Origin: Escherichia phage PNJ1902
DNA: 64,000 nucleotides
Sequence record: OK254197.1
Strand: one strand, 5' to 3'
The notes below the pieces were generated by a model, which searched no databases, had not been told where the DNA came from, and worked only from the letters and a program-made list of their open reading frames with translations. Positions 49,039 to 59,083 of this stretch are shown here, piece after piece. Numbering within the stretch: position 1 is the first letter of the stretch; every line of letters starts with the position of its first letter. The position numbers and the translations under genes were made by a program.

Positions 49039-50913
49039 TTATTTAGCTCGAATATCCTGATGTTTCACCCTGCCCATCACCTCGTGCTGTTTGCCGGGGT
49101 TAAATGGACGAGCACCCGGATTTCCAAGATACCCACAAACTCGACGAGTTACTTCAAGAGTTTCGGGGTCATGATTACCACAGATAGGGCACTTAAATCC
49201 ATCTTCGGATGCTATTGTTTCACCTAAGAATCCACATTTACCACAAGAATCCACTGGGGTATTAATACCGAAATAATGAACCTTACTAGCAGCATAATTA
49301 ATAACCCATTCCAGTGCATCTGGGAATCGTTTCATATCCGGTAGTTCTACATAGGAAATGCACCCACCAGAAGCAATAGGAGTAAAGTTAGATTCATAAT
49401 CAAATTTCACATTGGGAGCAACTTTACGTTCTACATCAAGGTGGTGCGAGTTAGTGTAGTATCCTTTGGACAGAATATCTTCATGCTCTGGGAAATATTC
49501 ACGGTCTAGACGACAAAAACGGTCACATAGGGATTCTGATGGTGTAGCATACAGGCTATAACCTAATTTAGTTTCTTCCTTCTTCTGATCGACTCTATCC
49601 CGCATGTATTGCAATACACGCTGAACAAACTTGATGCAGGTCTCGGACATTGTGTCTACCTCTTTGCCAAACATGAACTGTAGCATTTCATGGCAACCAA
49701 TATACCCTAGAGATACAGAAGCACGGTTATAGAAATGATCGAATACATATTCATCAGGCCCCAAGCGTAACCCAAAGGCTCCTGACATATAGAGGATAGG
49801 TGCAGCTTTAGCTTGAATGTATTTTAAGCGATCAACTCTCCATTCCAACGCTTTTAATGCTGTATCCACACGTAGCTCAAGCAAATCAAAGAATAGATCA
49901 ATATTTCCTTCAGCTTCGATAGCAATTCTAGGCAAGTTTACAGAAACAACACCTAAGTTATTACGACCGGCAGTTTCACCATCTTCTGTAGCAGCTAGGA
50001 ATGAACGGCAGCCCATAGAAACTTTGTAGTCTCCAGTAACCTCTACAACCTTGTCATAGCTGATATAATCTGGATACATACGTTCAGCAGTACATTTCAT
50101 AGCTAACTTCTTGATGTCATAATTAACATCTCCTGGTTTCATATTTACTCCATCACGAAGTACAAATACCAGTTTCGGGAAGATAGCTGTACGTTTATTG
50201 ATACCTAAACCATCCATGCGTACTTTCAGTATTGCTTTCTGTACTAGACGTGCTTCCCAAGAAGTTCCTAGACCAAAACCAAAGGTAATAAATGGACTCT
50301 GACCATTAGAGTTGAACATGGTATTGATTTCATATTCTAAACCCTGACAAGCGTCATAGACTTCTTTTTCAGTCATCTCCGTAGCCATTACGGATGCTTT
50401 GGCTTCATCCTTAGTCCAACGTTTTGCAAACGCATGATTTTTATCATAGGATTTACGTACATAAGGGGCTAATACTTCATCAAGGCGATCTACAGAAGTA
50501 CCACCATACTGATGGGAGCTAACCTGAGTGATAATCTGAGCAGTAATAGCCGCCGCAGTAGTGATAGAGTTTGGAGTGCTAATTTCAGCATTACCAACCT
50601 TCATACCATTCTTCAACATATCTTCCAGAGCTACCAGACAACAGTTAGTCATACCTAATGCAGCATAATCAGCATCATGGAAATGAATATCCCCAATCAT
50701 ATGAGCATTTCGAATCTGAATTGGCATTTCTTCTAGAATCAGATACTTACTCAATTCACCTGCAAGCATATCCCTTTGTGTAGGGAAACGTTCTGAGGGT
50801 TTATTAGCATTATTAAACAGCAGCTCTTCATCTGCTGACCCTTCGATAATCTCTTTGCAGTTTCTAATTAACGCCTGCATTTCTTTATACTTTAATTCTT
50901 CATTGCGATTCAT
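49039..50913 (-). CDS. nrdD: Anaerobic ribonucleoside-triphosphate reductase (class III, NrdD)
   Basis: 624 aa; C-terminal zinc ribbon CGKCGF...CPICG and glycyl-radical motif RVCGYLG; RBS AAGGAG. Confidence 0.9.
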   Translation of the reverse strand: MNRNEELKYKEMQALIRNCKEIIEGSADEELLFNNANKPSERFPTQRDMLAGELSKYLILEEMPIQIRNAHMIGDIHFHDADYAALGMTNCCLVALEDMLKNGMKVGNAEISTPNSITTAAAITAQIITQVSSHQYGGTSVDRLDEVLAPYVRKSYDKNHAFAKRWTKDEAKASVMATEMTEKEVYDACQGLEYEINTMFNSNGQSPFITFGFGLGTSWEARLVQKAILKVRMDGLGINKRTAIFPKLVFVLRDGVNMKPGDVNYDIKKLAMKCTAERMYPDYISYDKVVEVTGDYKVSMGCRSFLAATEDGETAGRNNLGVVSVNLPRIAIEAEGNIDLFFDLLELRVDTALKALEWRVDRLKYIQAKAAPILYMSGAFGLRLGPDEYVFDHFYNRASVSLGYIGCHEMLQFMFGKEVDTMSETCIKFVQRVLQYMRDRVDQKKEETKLGYSLYATPSESLCDRFCRLDREYFPEHEDILSKGYYTNSHHLDVERKVAPNVKFDYESNFTPIASGGCISYVELPDMKRFPDALEWVINYAASKVHYFGINTPVDSCGKCGFLGETIASEDGFKCPICGNHDPETLEVTRRVCGYLGNPGARPFNPGKQHEVMGRVKHQDIRAK

Positions 50914-50942
50914 TATACTCTCCTTCTCTAACTAAGACTACT

Positions 50943-50971
50943 ATTATAACTCATTCGAGGGCGGATGTCAA
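50943..50971 (-). promoter_or_regulatory. Consensus sigma70 promoter for nrdD
   Basis: Perfect TTGACA - 17 bp - TATAAT on minus strand about 30 nt upstream of nrdD ATG. Confidence 0.7.
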
Positions 50972-51163
50972 CAATATTTTACTATAAAGTTCTGTAACAT
51001 GATCTGAGTCAAAAAATTTTATTTGCCAATCTCTATTAAAAATTGTATAATCACGCACTCGTGCACGCGATATAAAATGATTATCTAGTATCACACATCT
51101 CACGTTAAAAGCAAGCAAATTTTTTATTTAAATGCAATATCATAGGCTTATTTAAAATTGTAG

Positions 51164-51192
51164 TTGCTTTTTACTGTATATATTGGTATAAT
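51164..51192 (+). promoter_or_regulatory. Early promoter for phoH unit
   Basis: TTGCTT - 17 bp - TATAAT. Confidence 0.6.
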
Positions 51193-51265
51193 ATATTTGT
51201 AAGTTGATAAACAAGATCTTTTTGTTGATCCTCTGTTAGCGAAGTACACTATAGGAGTGTTATTT

Positions 51266-52018
51266 ATGGGAAAAGCACGTCAAAAAAGAGAGAACCGCAA
51301 TGGTTCAAGAAAGCGTGGCAACAAATATGAGAACAACGTAATTCAGGCTGATTTTTCTAATGATTACGCTAATCCAGTTGCTAAATCCCTAGTAGGTAAA
51401 AACCGCGAGCAAAAATCATATATCAATATGATCAAGAACAACACAGTGACTGTGGGTATCGGTGAGCCGGGTACTGGTAAAACCTTTATTCCGTCCGTTC
51501 TTGCAGCTCAGGAACTCGTAGACATTCACTCAGATATTGAGCAAGTGATCCTCGTACGTCCTAATGAACCTCTAGGTAAGTCTCTTGGTATGCTTCCTGG
51601 TGATCTAGCGGAAAAGCTAGAGCCTTGGTTGGAACCAATAGCTGATGGTATGAAATGGGCCATCGGCGATCATGCATATAAGGGATATGTCGAACGTCAG
51701 AAAATTAAATTTTTGGCTATCGAACATGCTCGTGGCAGAACTTTCAACAACTCCTATGTAATTGTCGATGAAGCTCAGAATATTTCCGTTGAGGCAATGA
51801 TTTGTCTCCTAACTCGTGTAGGACAAGACTGCCGTTTAATTATCTGCGGAGATATAGCTCAGAAAGACATTAAAGGTGACTCAGGTCTAGCACTCCTTAT
51901 GGAAGTCTATGAAAAATACGAAAATGCCCCATTCTCAATGATCGAATTGATTGATAACGTTCGTTCTGCTGAGTCTAAAGCATTCTATGACATTTTTAAA
52001 GACATGGGGAAGGTGTAA
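51266..52018 (+). CDS. phoH: PhoH-like ATPase
   Basis: Walker A GEPGTGKT, Walker B VIVDEAQN; ATG at 51266 preceded by AGGAG. Confidence 0.85.
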   Translation: MGKARQKRENRNGSRKRGNKYENNVIQADFSNDYANPVAKSLVGKNREQKSYINMIKNNTVTVGIGEPGTGKTFIPSVLAAQELVDIHSDIEQVILVRPNEPLGKSLGMLPGDLAEKLEPWLEPIADGMKWAIGDHAYKGYVERQKIKFLAIEHARGRTFNNSYVIVDEAQNISVEAMICLLTRVGQDCRLIICGDIAQKDIKGDSGLALLMEVYEKYENAPFSMIELIDNVRSAESKAFYDIFKDMGKV

Positions 52019-52019
52019 T

Positions 52020-52262
52020 ATGGGAAACGTCGTTCATCTGAGCCGTAAAACTAAAATACATCGTACTTCACTGAGTGCTGCTAATATGATTACACGTAAG
52101 GAAGGGGAAGAAAGTCCTAAGACAACCCTAGCGTGGAAAATTGTAACCTCAAATCCAAATAAACCATTCAATTATAACGAGCTGAGCACCTCCATAGATA
52201 TTCTATTAAAAGAGGCAGCTAGAGCTAAAGTAATTGAACAAGCTAAAAAGCTAGACTGGTAA
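52020..52262 (+). CDS. Hypothetical protein
   Basis: 80 aa from ATG overlapping phoH stop region; RBS GGGAAGG. Confidence 0.45.
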   Translation: MGNVVHLSRKTKIHRTSLSAANMITRKEGEESPKTTLAWKIVTSNPNKPFNYNELSTSIDILLKEAARAKVIEQAKKLDW

Positions 52263-52268
52263 TATACA

Positions 52269-52300
52269 GGGCCTGGGTATGAAAATACCCGGGCCTTTTC
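52269..52300 (+). terminator. Rho-independent terminator
   Basis: GGCCTGGGTAT-GAAA-ATACCCGGGCC hairpin followed by TTTTCTAT. Confidence 0.7.
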
Positions 52301-52383
52301 TATCAGAAAATTTTATTTGCCTAATGACCGATAATAAAGTAGAATATTCCTTAAATCCTGATAACTATAAAAAGGAAAGCCAA

Positions 52384-54714
52384 ATGAGCCATCGCATTGA
52401 AAAAGTAATTAAACGTGACGGTACTGTAGAAGACTTTGCTCCCGAAAAAATCAATGGTTGGGCAGAGTATGGTTGCAAAACAGTTGATGTAAGTTGGTCA
52501 GCCATTACTATGGCTGCTCAAAAAACTCTGCCTAAAGGGGTTGTAGATTCCGACACTCTGATGGATGCATTAATTAAAGCTGCTGAAAGTCTTATTAAAG
52601 ATAATCCAGCATATGATGTGCCAGCAAAGGAATTACGTCTTGCGCAAATGCGTAAACGCCTTTATGATTCTTTCGAACCACCTTCTCTACGCTTCTTCCA
52701 TGATCACATGGTTAGCGTAGGTGCATGGGAAGACATGAGTGCATGGATTACCGATGAGCAATTTGAAGCTCTGAATCAAGTTATCGACCATGATCGTGAT
52801 CGTCTTTTTACTAGTGGTGGACTGAAACAGTTCTTTGATAAGTATTCCCGTCGTAACATAGCCACTGGTGAAATTTATGAAACTCCGCAGTTTGCCTACA
52901 TGGGTATGGCAATGGCGATGTTATCTCAACCTAACTGGACAATTCTAGATGCAATCGACCTCTACAACGCAATGTCACTCCACAAAATCAACGTTCCTAC
53001 GCCGCCACTGGTTGGTCTGCGCTCTAGTGACCGTGGATTTGCTAGTTGCTGTCTCGTGGATTCCACTGACACGTTGGATTCAATCGACACCGCCGAGCAC
53101 ATCGTCTTCAAAATGGTCGCAGCCAGAGCGGGAATCGGGTATCATCTTGAAAGCCGATCAATTGCTGATCCGGTGCGAAATGGGGCATTCCCGCATTCCG
53201 GAAAACTGCCATATTATCGACACATTGACCGCTCAGTAAAGGCCAATACTCAGCAAACTCGTGGTGGTTCTGCCACAGTGTCTTATCCGTACTTCGACCC
53301 TGAAATCATTCAATTGATGCAGGTTAAGCAACAACGTGCTACAGATGAGAATAAAATCGATAAGATGGATTATTCTCTGAGCTTTAACAATCTTTTGTTA
53401 AAACGTTATCTTAAAAACGAAGATATTACGCTAATGTCATACTTCTATGCTCCAGAAGTTCATGAAGCGTTTTATAGTGATGACGAGGCTAAATTTGAAG
53501 AAATCTACGTGGCAGCGGAGAAACGTGTGGCATCTCTTACAAAGATCGACCACGAAGGAAAAACAGTTCCTGCAGCTCCTAAAGTCTCTGCAAAAGAAAT
53601 CCTAGATACTTGGCTACGTATCCGAATGGAAACAGGACGTATGTATGCTCACCACATTGGGGAATCTAATCGTCACGGTAACTTCCTTGATCCGATCCGT
53701 ATGACAAACCTTTGTGTTGAAATTACTCAGCCTACACGCCCGTTCCATCACATTACAGAGCTGTACAAGACAAAAGAGCAGCTTGATCAAATGAAGCCGG
53801 AGGATATTGGTGAAGTATCTCTGTGTAACTTAGGTGGTGTTGTACTTGGACGCATGGAATCTCTGGCTGAGTGGGAAAAAACTTGCTACATCCTTCTGAA
53901 ATTCGTTGATACAATTATTGAAATTCAGGATTATCCGTTCCCAACTATGGAATATACGGCTAAGAAACGTCGTAATGTTGGTATTGGCCTGATGAACGCA
54001 GCAGGTGCAATGGCAGCAGAAGGTCTGGCTTACGAAGGTATTGAAGCTCGTAACTGGATTCACCGTGAGGCTGAAAAACTGTCTTACTTCCTGCATAAAG
54101 CCTCTGTACGCCTAGCTAAAGAACAGGGTGCATGTGAGTGGTTTGATCGTACTAAACCATCTAAAGGAATCCTGGTAATCGACACGTACAAGAAAACTGT
54201 TGATGAACTGGTATCCGTAGGTCTAGAAATGGATTGGGAGTCTCTGCGTGCAGATATTCTGAAATATGGTATGCGTAACTCTGTTCTGACTGCTCAGATG
54301 CCAGGAGAAAGTTCTTCTGTTCTGTTAGGTGTTACTAACTCTATCGAACCACCTCGTAAGATTGTATCTATCAAGGGTAGTGCAGTAAATAAAGTAATTG
54401 CAATTGCTCCAGGTGCAACCGATTGGGAAACGTTAATGAGCTATAAACTGGCTTATGATGTAGATCGTATCGAGTGGATCAAGTGGGTAGCAACTATGCA
54501 GAAATTCTTCAGTCAGTCTATCAGTACGAATATGTACTATGACTACACCAAGTTTGAGAATGAAATCATTCCTGGCCCAGTAGTAGTTCGTGATTTCATG
54601 ACTGCTGTTAAGTATGGATGGAAAACTTGGTATTATGCTAACTTCAATACCGCAAATGGTGGAGGTGCTGGAGAAGAAGCAGCCGGTTGTGCATCCGGTG
54701 GTTGTACTATTTAA
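52384..54714 (+). CDS. nrdA: Ribonucleotide reductase large subunit (class Ia, NrdA)
   Basis: ATP-cone VIKRDGTVEDF at N-terminus, active-site region NLCVEI, C-terminal CASGGC; start moved to ATG at 52384 with RBS AAGGAAA. Confidence 0.9.
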   Translation: MSHRIEKVIKRDGTVEDFAPEKINGWAEYGCKTVDVSWSAITMAAQKTLPKGVVDSDTLMDALIKAAESLIKDNPAYDVPAKELRLAQMRKRLYDSFEPPSLRFFHDHMVSVGAWEDMSAWITDEQFEALNQVIDHDRDRLFTSGGLKQFFDKYSRRNIATGEIYETPQFAYMGMAMAMLSQPNWTILDAIDLYNAMSLHKINVPTPPLVGLRSSDRGFASCCLVDSTDTLDSIDTAEHIVFKMVAARAGIGYHLESRSIADPVRNGAFPHSGKLPYYRHIDRSVKANTQQTRGGSATVSYPYFDPEIIQLMQVKQQRATDENKIDKMDYSLSFNNLLLKRYLKNEDITLMSYFYAPEVHEAFYSDDEAKFEEIYVAAEKRVASLTKIDHEGKTVPAAPKVSAKEILDTWLRIRMETGRMYAHHIGESNRHGNFLDPIRMTNLCVEITQPTRPFHHITELYKTKEQLDQMKPEDIGEVSLCNLGGVVLGRMESLAEWEKTCYILLKFVDTIIEIQDYPFPTMEYTAKKRRNVGIGLMNAAGAMAAEGLAYEGIEARNWIHREAEKLSYFLHKASVRLAKEQGACEWFDRTKPSKGILVIDTYKKTVDELVSVGLEMDWESLRADILKYGMRNSVLTAQMPGESSSVLLGVTNSIEPPRKIVSIKGSAVNKVIAIAPGATDWETLMSYKLAYDVDRIEWIKWVATMQKFFSQSISTNMYYDYTKFENEIIPGPVVVRDFMTAVKYGWKTWYYANFNTANGGGAGEEAAGCASGGCTI

Positions 54715-54723
54715 TAAAAACAA

Positions 54724-54747
54724 GGAGATCTTCGGGTCTCCTTTTTC
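54724..54747 (+). terminator. Rho-independent terminator after nrdA
   Basis: GGAGATC-TTCG-GGTCTCC hairpin followed by TTTTTCTTT. Confidence 0.7.
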
Positions 54748-54760
54748 TTTGAAATTTTAC

Positions 54761-54790
54761 TTGCTAATCGCTACCAGATTTGCTATAATA
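54761..54790 (+). promoter_or_regulatory. Early promoter for nrdB-frd-thyA unit
   Basis: TTGCTA - 18 bp - TATAAT. Confidence 0.65.
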
Positions 54791-54820
54791 TTCCTGAAAT
54801 AGTGAGAAAGAGGAAAATCA

Positions 54821-55966
54821 ATGACTACTTTACTAAACCTGAATTGGGATCATACTAACGCTGACCTTTTCCTGGGAGATTCTCTCGGTATCGCAGATTA
54901 TGTACGTGTAGCACACCCAGAACTAGAACGTCTAGCACTTTTGCAACGCTCTCAATTTTGGACTGAAACTGAAATCAGTCTAGAAGCAGATAAGAAACAA
55001 TGGCCTAATCTCCCACGTGAAATTCAGGAAATTACACTCCTGAACTTAGCATGGCAGACTCAAACTGATTCCTTTATCAGTCGTGCTCCTGAAGCAGCTA
55101 TTATGCCGCTTGTAAGTCGTCCAGAATTGGAAGGTATGCTCAAACAGTGGAGCTATTTTGAAGACCTGCATAGTCGTGCTTATAGCAATATTATTCGTAA
55201 TGTGCTAACTGATCCAGCAGAATTTATTGATTCTGTAACCAAAAACCAAGAAGCATTCGCACGCATCGCTGATTCTGTTGAACTATTCGATGAACTGTAC
55301 CAGTTAGGTCAGTATTTCATCGCAGTACGCGATCATCGTGGTGACAATACATATCCAGAAACTGAGTTCCCTGAAGTTAAACGTGAAACTCAGGCTAAAC
55401 TATTAGACGCTTACTTTGCGATCTACGGTCTGGAAGCAATGCAGTTTTACGCATCCTTTGCATGTACCTTTGCATTAGCAGAAAACGATATTCTGCAAGG
55501 TATTGCTAAAAATCTGCAATTAATCGCTAAAGATGAAGCTCTGCACACTCAGATGTCCAAAGCAATCATCCAGATTATGTTTCAACAATTTGACAAAGAT
55601 CTGGTAGAGGAAGCAGTGGCTAAAGCACCAGCACAGCTCCTGAAAACTCTGAAAACTGAAATTGAATGGGGTCATTTCATTTTCAAAGGTCGTAGTCTGA
55701 TTGGCTTGAATGCAGAACTTCTAGAAGAATATCTGTACTTTGTGGGGCGTAATGCATTTATGCACATCGGTGTAGAATGGCCAAGTAACCTGCCGGTAAT
55801 CACCAAGAACCCTATTCCATGGATCATGAACTGGTTGGATACCACTTCTTTACAGCCTGCTCCACAAGAAATCCAGATTGGTGCAGCATATCGTGTAGGT
55901 CAGGTAACTGAGACCTCTACTGATACTCTGAAAGATCTGGGCAATGAATTTGGAGATTTCTTATGA
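54821..55966 (+). CDS. nrdB: Ribonucleotide reductase small subunit (NrdB)
   Basis: 381 aa; di-iron ligand regions (E..H-type, e.g. DEALHTQ) in a ferritin-like helical protein; follows nrdA. Confidence 0.9.
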   Translation: MTTLLNLNWDHTNADLFLGDSLGIADYVRVAHPELERLALLQRSQFWTETEISLEADKKQWPNLPREIQEITLLNLAWQTQTDSFISRAPEAAIMPLVSRPELEGMLKQWSYFEDLHSRAYSNIIRNVLTDPAEFIDSVTKNQEAFARIADSVELFDELYQLGQYFIAVRDHRGDNTYPETEFPEVKRETQAKLLDAYFAIYGLEAMQFYASFACTFALAENDILQGIAKNLQLIAKDEALHTQMSKAIIQIMFQQFDKDLVEEAVAKAPAQLLKTLKTEIEWGHFIFKGRSLIGLNAELLEEYLYFVGRNAFMHIGVEWPSNLPVITKNPIPWIMNWLDTTSLQPAPQEIQIGAAYRVGQVTETSTDTLKDLGNEFGDFL

Positions 55967-56496
55967 TAACGGCATTATATGCAGTTGGGCCGAATGGGGA
56001 GTTCGGCCTCCGAGGTAAACTCCCCTGGGGTTCCTTCAAAGAAGAACTAGATGCTTTCTACTCTCAACTGGACGTGTTGAACCCAGATAACATCATCATT
56101 GGTGCGGGCACTTATTTAGCACTTCCAGAAGTTGTTCGGCAACGTATGATTGGAGAATCTGACCTCTTTATTCGTGCGGATCGTCCTCTGCCTGATGATA
56201 TTAAACATGGTATTTACACTCCAATTTCTAAGATTGGGGATACATTACCTACATTCTTAAAAGATCAACAGACAGTGGTTTTAGGTGGCGCAACATTATT
56301 GTACGAAATGTATATTCATGGACATATTGAAAGTGCTTTTGTATCCACAATCTTTAGTAATCAAAAACTAGAGGCAGATGTACATCTGGATAATACGATT
56401 CTAGATTACAACTATGAATCTACTCGTTTAGTTTACGCAACTGGCGCAAACAGTGATAACAGCCTGCGATTTGTACAGGAATTGGTTACTTATTAA
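55963..56496 (+). CDS. frd: Dihydrofolate reductase
   Basis: 177 aa; N-terminal [25 protein letters not shown]-like; overlaps nrdB stop and thyA start. Confidence 0.8.
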   Translation: MITALYAVGPNGEFGLRGKLPWGSFKEELDAFYSQLDVLNPDNIIIGAGTYLALPEVVRQRMIGESDLFIRADRPLPDDIKHGIYTPISKIGDTLPTFLKDQQTVVLGGATLLYEMYIHGHIESAFVSTIFSNQKLEADVHLDNTILDYNYESTRLVYATGANSDNSLRFVQELVTY

Positions 56497-57350
56497 TGGA
56501 TCAGTATATCGAAGTTGGAAAACGTATTCTATCAGAGGGTCAGTGGGTAACGAATCCTAGAACAGGGGTTCGTTGCCTAACTATTATTGACGCAGATTTT
56601 ACTTTTAACGTAGGTGCAGGTGAATTCCCCCTTATTACTACCCGTAAGGCGTTTGCAAAACAAGCAATAATGGAAATGATTGGGTATCTACGTGGATATG
56701 ACTCAGCAGCACAATTCCGCGCTATTGGTGTTAACACATGGAATGCTAATGCAAATGAAAACTTAGCTTGGCTAGACAATCCATACCGTAAAGGTGAGGA
56801 TGATATGGGGCGAGTCTATGGTGTTCAAGGACGTCAGTGGACTAATTCCGATGGTCTTATGTTTGACCAACTAGCCAAGATTTATCATAATCTGAAGAAG
56901 GGCATTGATGATCGTGGGGAAATTCTAACATTCTGGAATCCGGGAGAGTTCTCAAAGGGTTGCTTACGTCCATGTATGCACACTCATCAGTTCTCTATTT
57001 TGGGAGATACATTATACCTGAACTCTTTCCAGAGATCTAATGACTTCCTGTTAGGCCAAGTATTTAACATGGTTCAGTGCTATACGCTTCTAGCATTAAT
57101 GGCACAGATTACAGGCCTTAAACCAGGAATTGCACGCCAGAAGATTATCAATCTTCATATCTATGAGGATCAGTATAATGTTTTGATGGAGCATAAGCAA
57201 TTCGATCGTGAACCTTTTGCACATCCTACTCTAGAAATCAATCCAAATATCCGAACTCTGGAGGATGTATTGACCTGGGTAAGTAAGGATGATTTTACTG
57301 TCCGTGGTTACGAACACCACCCTGCTATTGCATATCCATTCACTGTGTAA
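56496..57350 (+). CDS. thyA: Thymidylate synthase
   Basis: 284 aa; catalytic-Cys region [10 protein letters not shown], other ThyA conserved blocks. Confidence 0.9.
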   Translation: MDQYIEVGKRILSEGQWVTNPRTGVRCLTIIDADFTFNVGAGEFPLITTRKAFAKQAIMEMIGYLRGYDSAAQFRAIGVNTWNANANENLAWLDNPYRKGEDDMGRVYGVQGRQWTNSDGLMFDQLAKIYHNLKKGIDDRGEILTFWNPGEFSKGCLRPCMHTHQFSILGDTLYLNSFQRSNDFLLGQVFNMVQCYTLLALMAQITGLKPGIARQKIINLHIYEDQYNVLMEHKQFDREPFAHPTLEINPNIRTLEDVLTWVSKDDFTVRGYEHHPAIAYPFTV

Positions 57351-57355
57351 TTTAA

Positions 57356-57380
57356 ATAGCCCTTCGGGGCTATTATATTT
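57356..57380 (+). terminator. Putative terminator after thyA
   Basis: ATAGCCC-TTCG-GGGCTAT hairpin followed by T/A-rich tract. Confidence 0.5.
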
Positions 57381-57389
57381 AAATTTCAT

Positions 57390-57419
57390 TTGCTTATTTA
57401 GTGAAATTTAAATATAATA
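57390..57419 (+). promoter_or_regulatory. Early promoter
   Basis: TTGCTT - 18 bp - TATAAT. Confidence 0.6.
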
Positions 57420-57443
57420 TATTTTATAAATTGGAGGCATATA

Positions 57444-57725
57444 ATGATCTCAGCCAAAGAAGCTCAAGAACTTGCAGGATTAACAGAAGTACCTGCATTT
57501 CTAAAGTTTATAGAAGAAAAGATCGTAGAAGCTGCTAAGTCTGGAAATACAGAAGTAATTATTCGAGATAATCCTTACGCTAGGTGGCTATATAATCCTA
57601 GAGAAATGCCAGGAGCAGCTAAATCGGTACTAAAAACCTTATCGGATAAGGGGTATCATATCTCTCAATACTACCGAGAAGCTGCCTTTGTAGACATGGG
57701 TCTTAAAATTAGTTGGGAGGTATAA
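57444..57725 (+). CDS. Hypothetical protein
   Basis: 93 aa; RBS GGAGG; stop overlaps RNase H start (TAATG). Confidence 0.5.
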   Translation: MISAKEAQELAGLTEVPAFLKFIEEKIVEAAKSGNTEVIIRDNPYARWLYNPREMPGAAKSVLKTLSDKGYHISQYYREAAFVDMGLKISWEV

Positions 57726-58201
57726 TGTCGGTTTTCCACATTTACACAGATGGTGCTTGTAAGTCTAACCCAGGTCCAGGTGCTTGGGGTTTTATTGTCT
57801 ATAATGATAACGACGATCGTTTAGGTTCTAAATCTGGTTATAATCCTAAAACTACAAATAATGAGATGGAACTCACAGCTATTGTAGAGGCTTTACGTTG
57901 GTCTGTTAAAAAAGATAATAGACCAATTGCTATCTATACTGACTCTGCTTATTGCAAAAATGGCATGGAAAGTTGGATGTTTTCTTGGCAAAGGAAAGGC
58001 TGGAAGAAAGCAGATGGTGAAGCTCCTCTTAATCTAGAACTTTGGCAGGAAGCATTTAAATTAACACAGCAGTATATCAACTTTCATAATACTAACCCTA
58101 CCTTTATTAAGGTTAAAGGACACTCTGGTATTAGTGGTAATGAAGCTGTAGATGCATTGTGTAATACAGTTATTACTGAAGCTGAAATGGCTGAGATGTA
58201 A
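57725..58201 (+). CDS. rnhA: Ribonuclease H (RNase HI type)
   Basis: DEDD-type acidic residues in YTDGAC, ELTAIVEAL, IYTDSAY, plus GHSGISGNEAVD; ATG at 57725 after GGGAGG. Confidence 0.85.
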   Translation: MSVFHIYTDGACKSNPGPGAWGFIVYNDNDDRLGSKSGYNPKTTNNEMELTAIVEALRWSVKKDNRPIAIYTDSAYCKNGMESWMFSWQRKGWKKADGEAPLNLELWQEAFKLTQQYINFHNTNPTFIKVKGHSGISGNEAVDALCNTVITEAEMAEM

Positions 58202-58221
58202 TAAATAAATTAAAAATTCAC

Positions 58222-58250
58222 TTGCTTAAAGCCCTCTAATTTAGTATAAT
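58222..58250 (+). promoter_or_regulatory. Early promoter flanked by a 9-bp inverted repeat
   Basis: TTGCTT - 17 bp - TATAAT; AAAGCCCTC at 58228-58236 and GAGGGCTTT at 58268-58276. Confidence 0.6.
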
Positions 58251-58277
58251 ATTCGTATTGAAAGTGAGGAGGGCTTT

Positions 58278-58562
58278 ATGCGGATTTATAACTCAAATTC
58301 ATTAGGATTTAAGCCATTGAGAAAACGTGCACAATCACCTCGTCAAATAAGAAAGGCTAATATTGGTGAGCCAGAAACACGTCTTCCACCTCCTCCAGAG
58401 CAACGTTTAGTTTATCTGGACGAAGAGTTAGCTGAACGCGAAAGAAAAGCTCAAGAAGAGATTGAGCGTAAGAAAATGTGTACTGCTCCAGCCTACTCCA
58501 AAGGAGCTTATCAGTATATCTATACAGCCGAGGAGGCTAAAGATGCGGGGCGTAAAAAATGA
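58278..58562 (+). CDS. Hypothetical protein
   Basis: 94 aa; RBS GAGGAGGG. Confidence 0.5.
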   Translation: MRIYNSNSLGFKPLRKRAQSPRQIRKANIGEPETRLPPPPEQRLVYLDEELAERERKAQEEIERKKMCTAPAYSKGAYQYIYTAEEAKDAGRKK

Positions 58563-59008
58563 AGATTACCGAATTTAAAGGTACTTATAGTTTCTTATCT
58601 AACTTTTATTTATCACCAATTACTTTCGAATACCTAAACGAGATATGGCATGCTGATACTGTAGAACATGCTTTTCAGGCTATGAAATCCGACCAAAAAG
58701 ATGATGTAGCTCATGTACTGCGCTCCCTAAATGCAGGAGTTGCCAAACGTAGAGGACGTAAATTAACTCTACGCTCTGACTGGGATAAGGTAAAAGATGA
58801 TGTAATGCTAGAGCTTTTACGGTTAAAGTTTGCAATCCCTGATTTGAGAGACAAACTGTTAGCAACAAAAAATGCAACTTTGATCGAAGGAAATACCTGG
58901 GGAGATACATATTGGGGTGTTTGCCGAGGCATCGGGGATAATACTCTAGGTGTTCTTTTGATGCAGGTAAGGTCTGAAATTAAAAGAAGCTTACAGTTAA
59001 TAAATTAA
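58559..59008 (+). CDS. NADAR (YbiA-like) domain protein
   Basis: 149 aa; FLSNF, EHAFQA, AKRRGRK, WDKVKDDVMLELLRLKF, GNTWGDTYWG, GDNTLGVLLMQVR line up with E. coli YbiA blocks (FSNF, EHYFQA, ARMGR..., NDAYWG, LGYLLMELR) as I recall them. Confidence 0.75.
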   Translation: MKITEFKGTYSFLSNFYLSPITFEYLNEIWHADTVEHAFQAMKSDQKDDVAHVLRSLNAGVAKRRGRKLTLRSDWDKVKDDVMLELLRLKFAIPDLRDKLLATKNATLIEGNTWGDTYWGVCRGIGDNTLGVLLMQVRSEIKRSLQLIN

Positions 59009-59016
59009 AAATTCAT

Positions 59017-59045
59017 TTGCTAAATGCTTCAAATTCTCGTATAAT
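59017..59045 (+). promoter_or_regulatory. Early promoter
   Basis: TTGCTA - 17 bp - TATAAT then ATACTTCATAAATTGA. Confidence 0.65.
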
Positions 59046-59083
59046 ATACTTCATAAATTGATAAACAAAAAGGAAAACAAATA

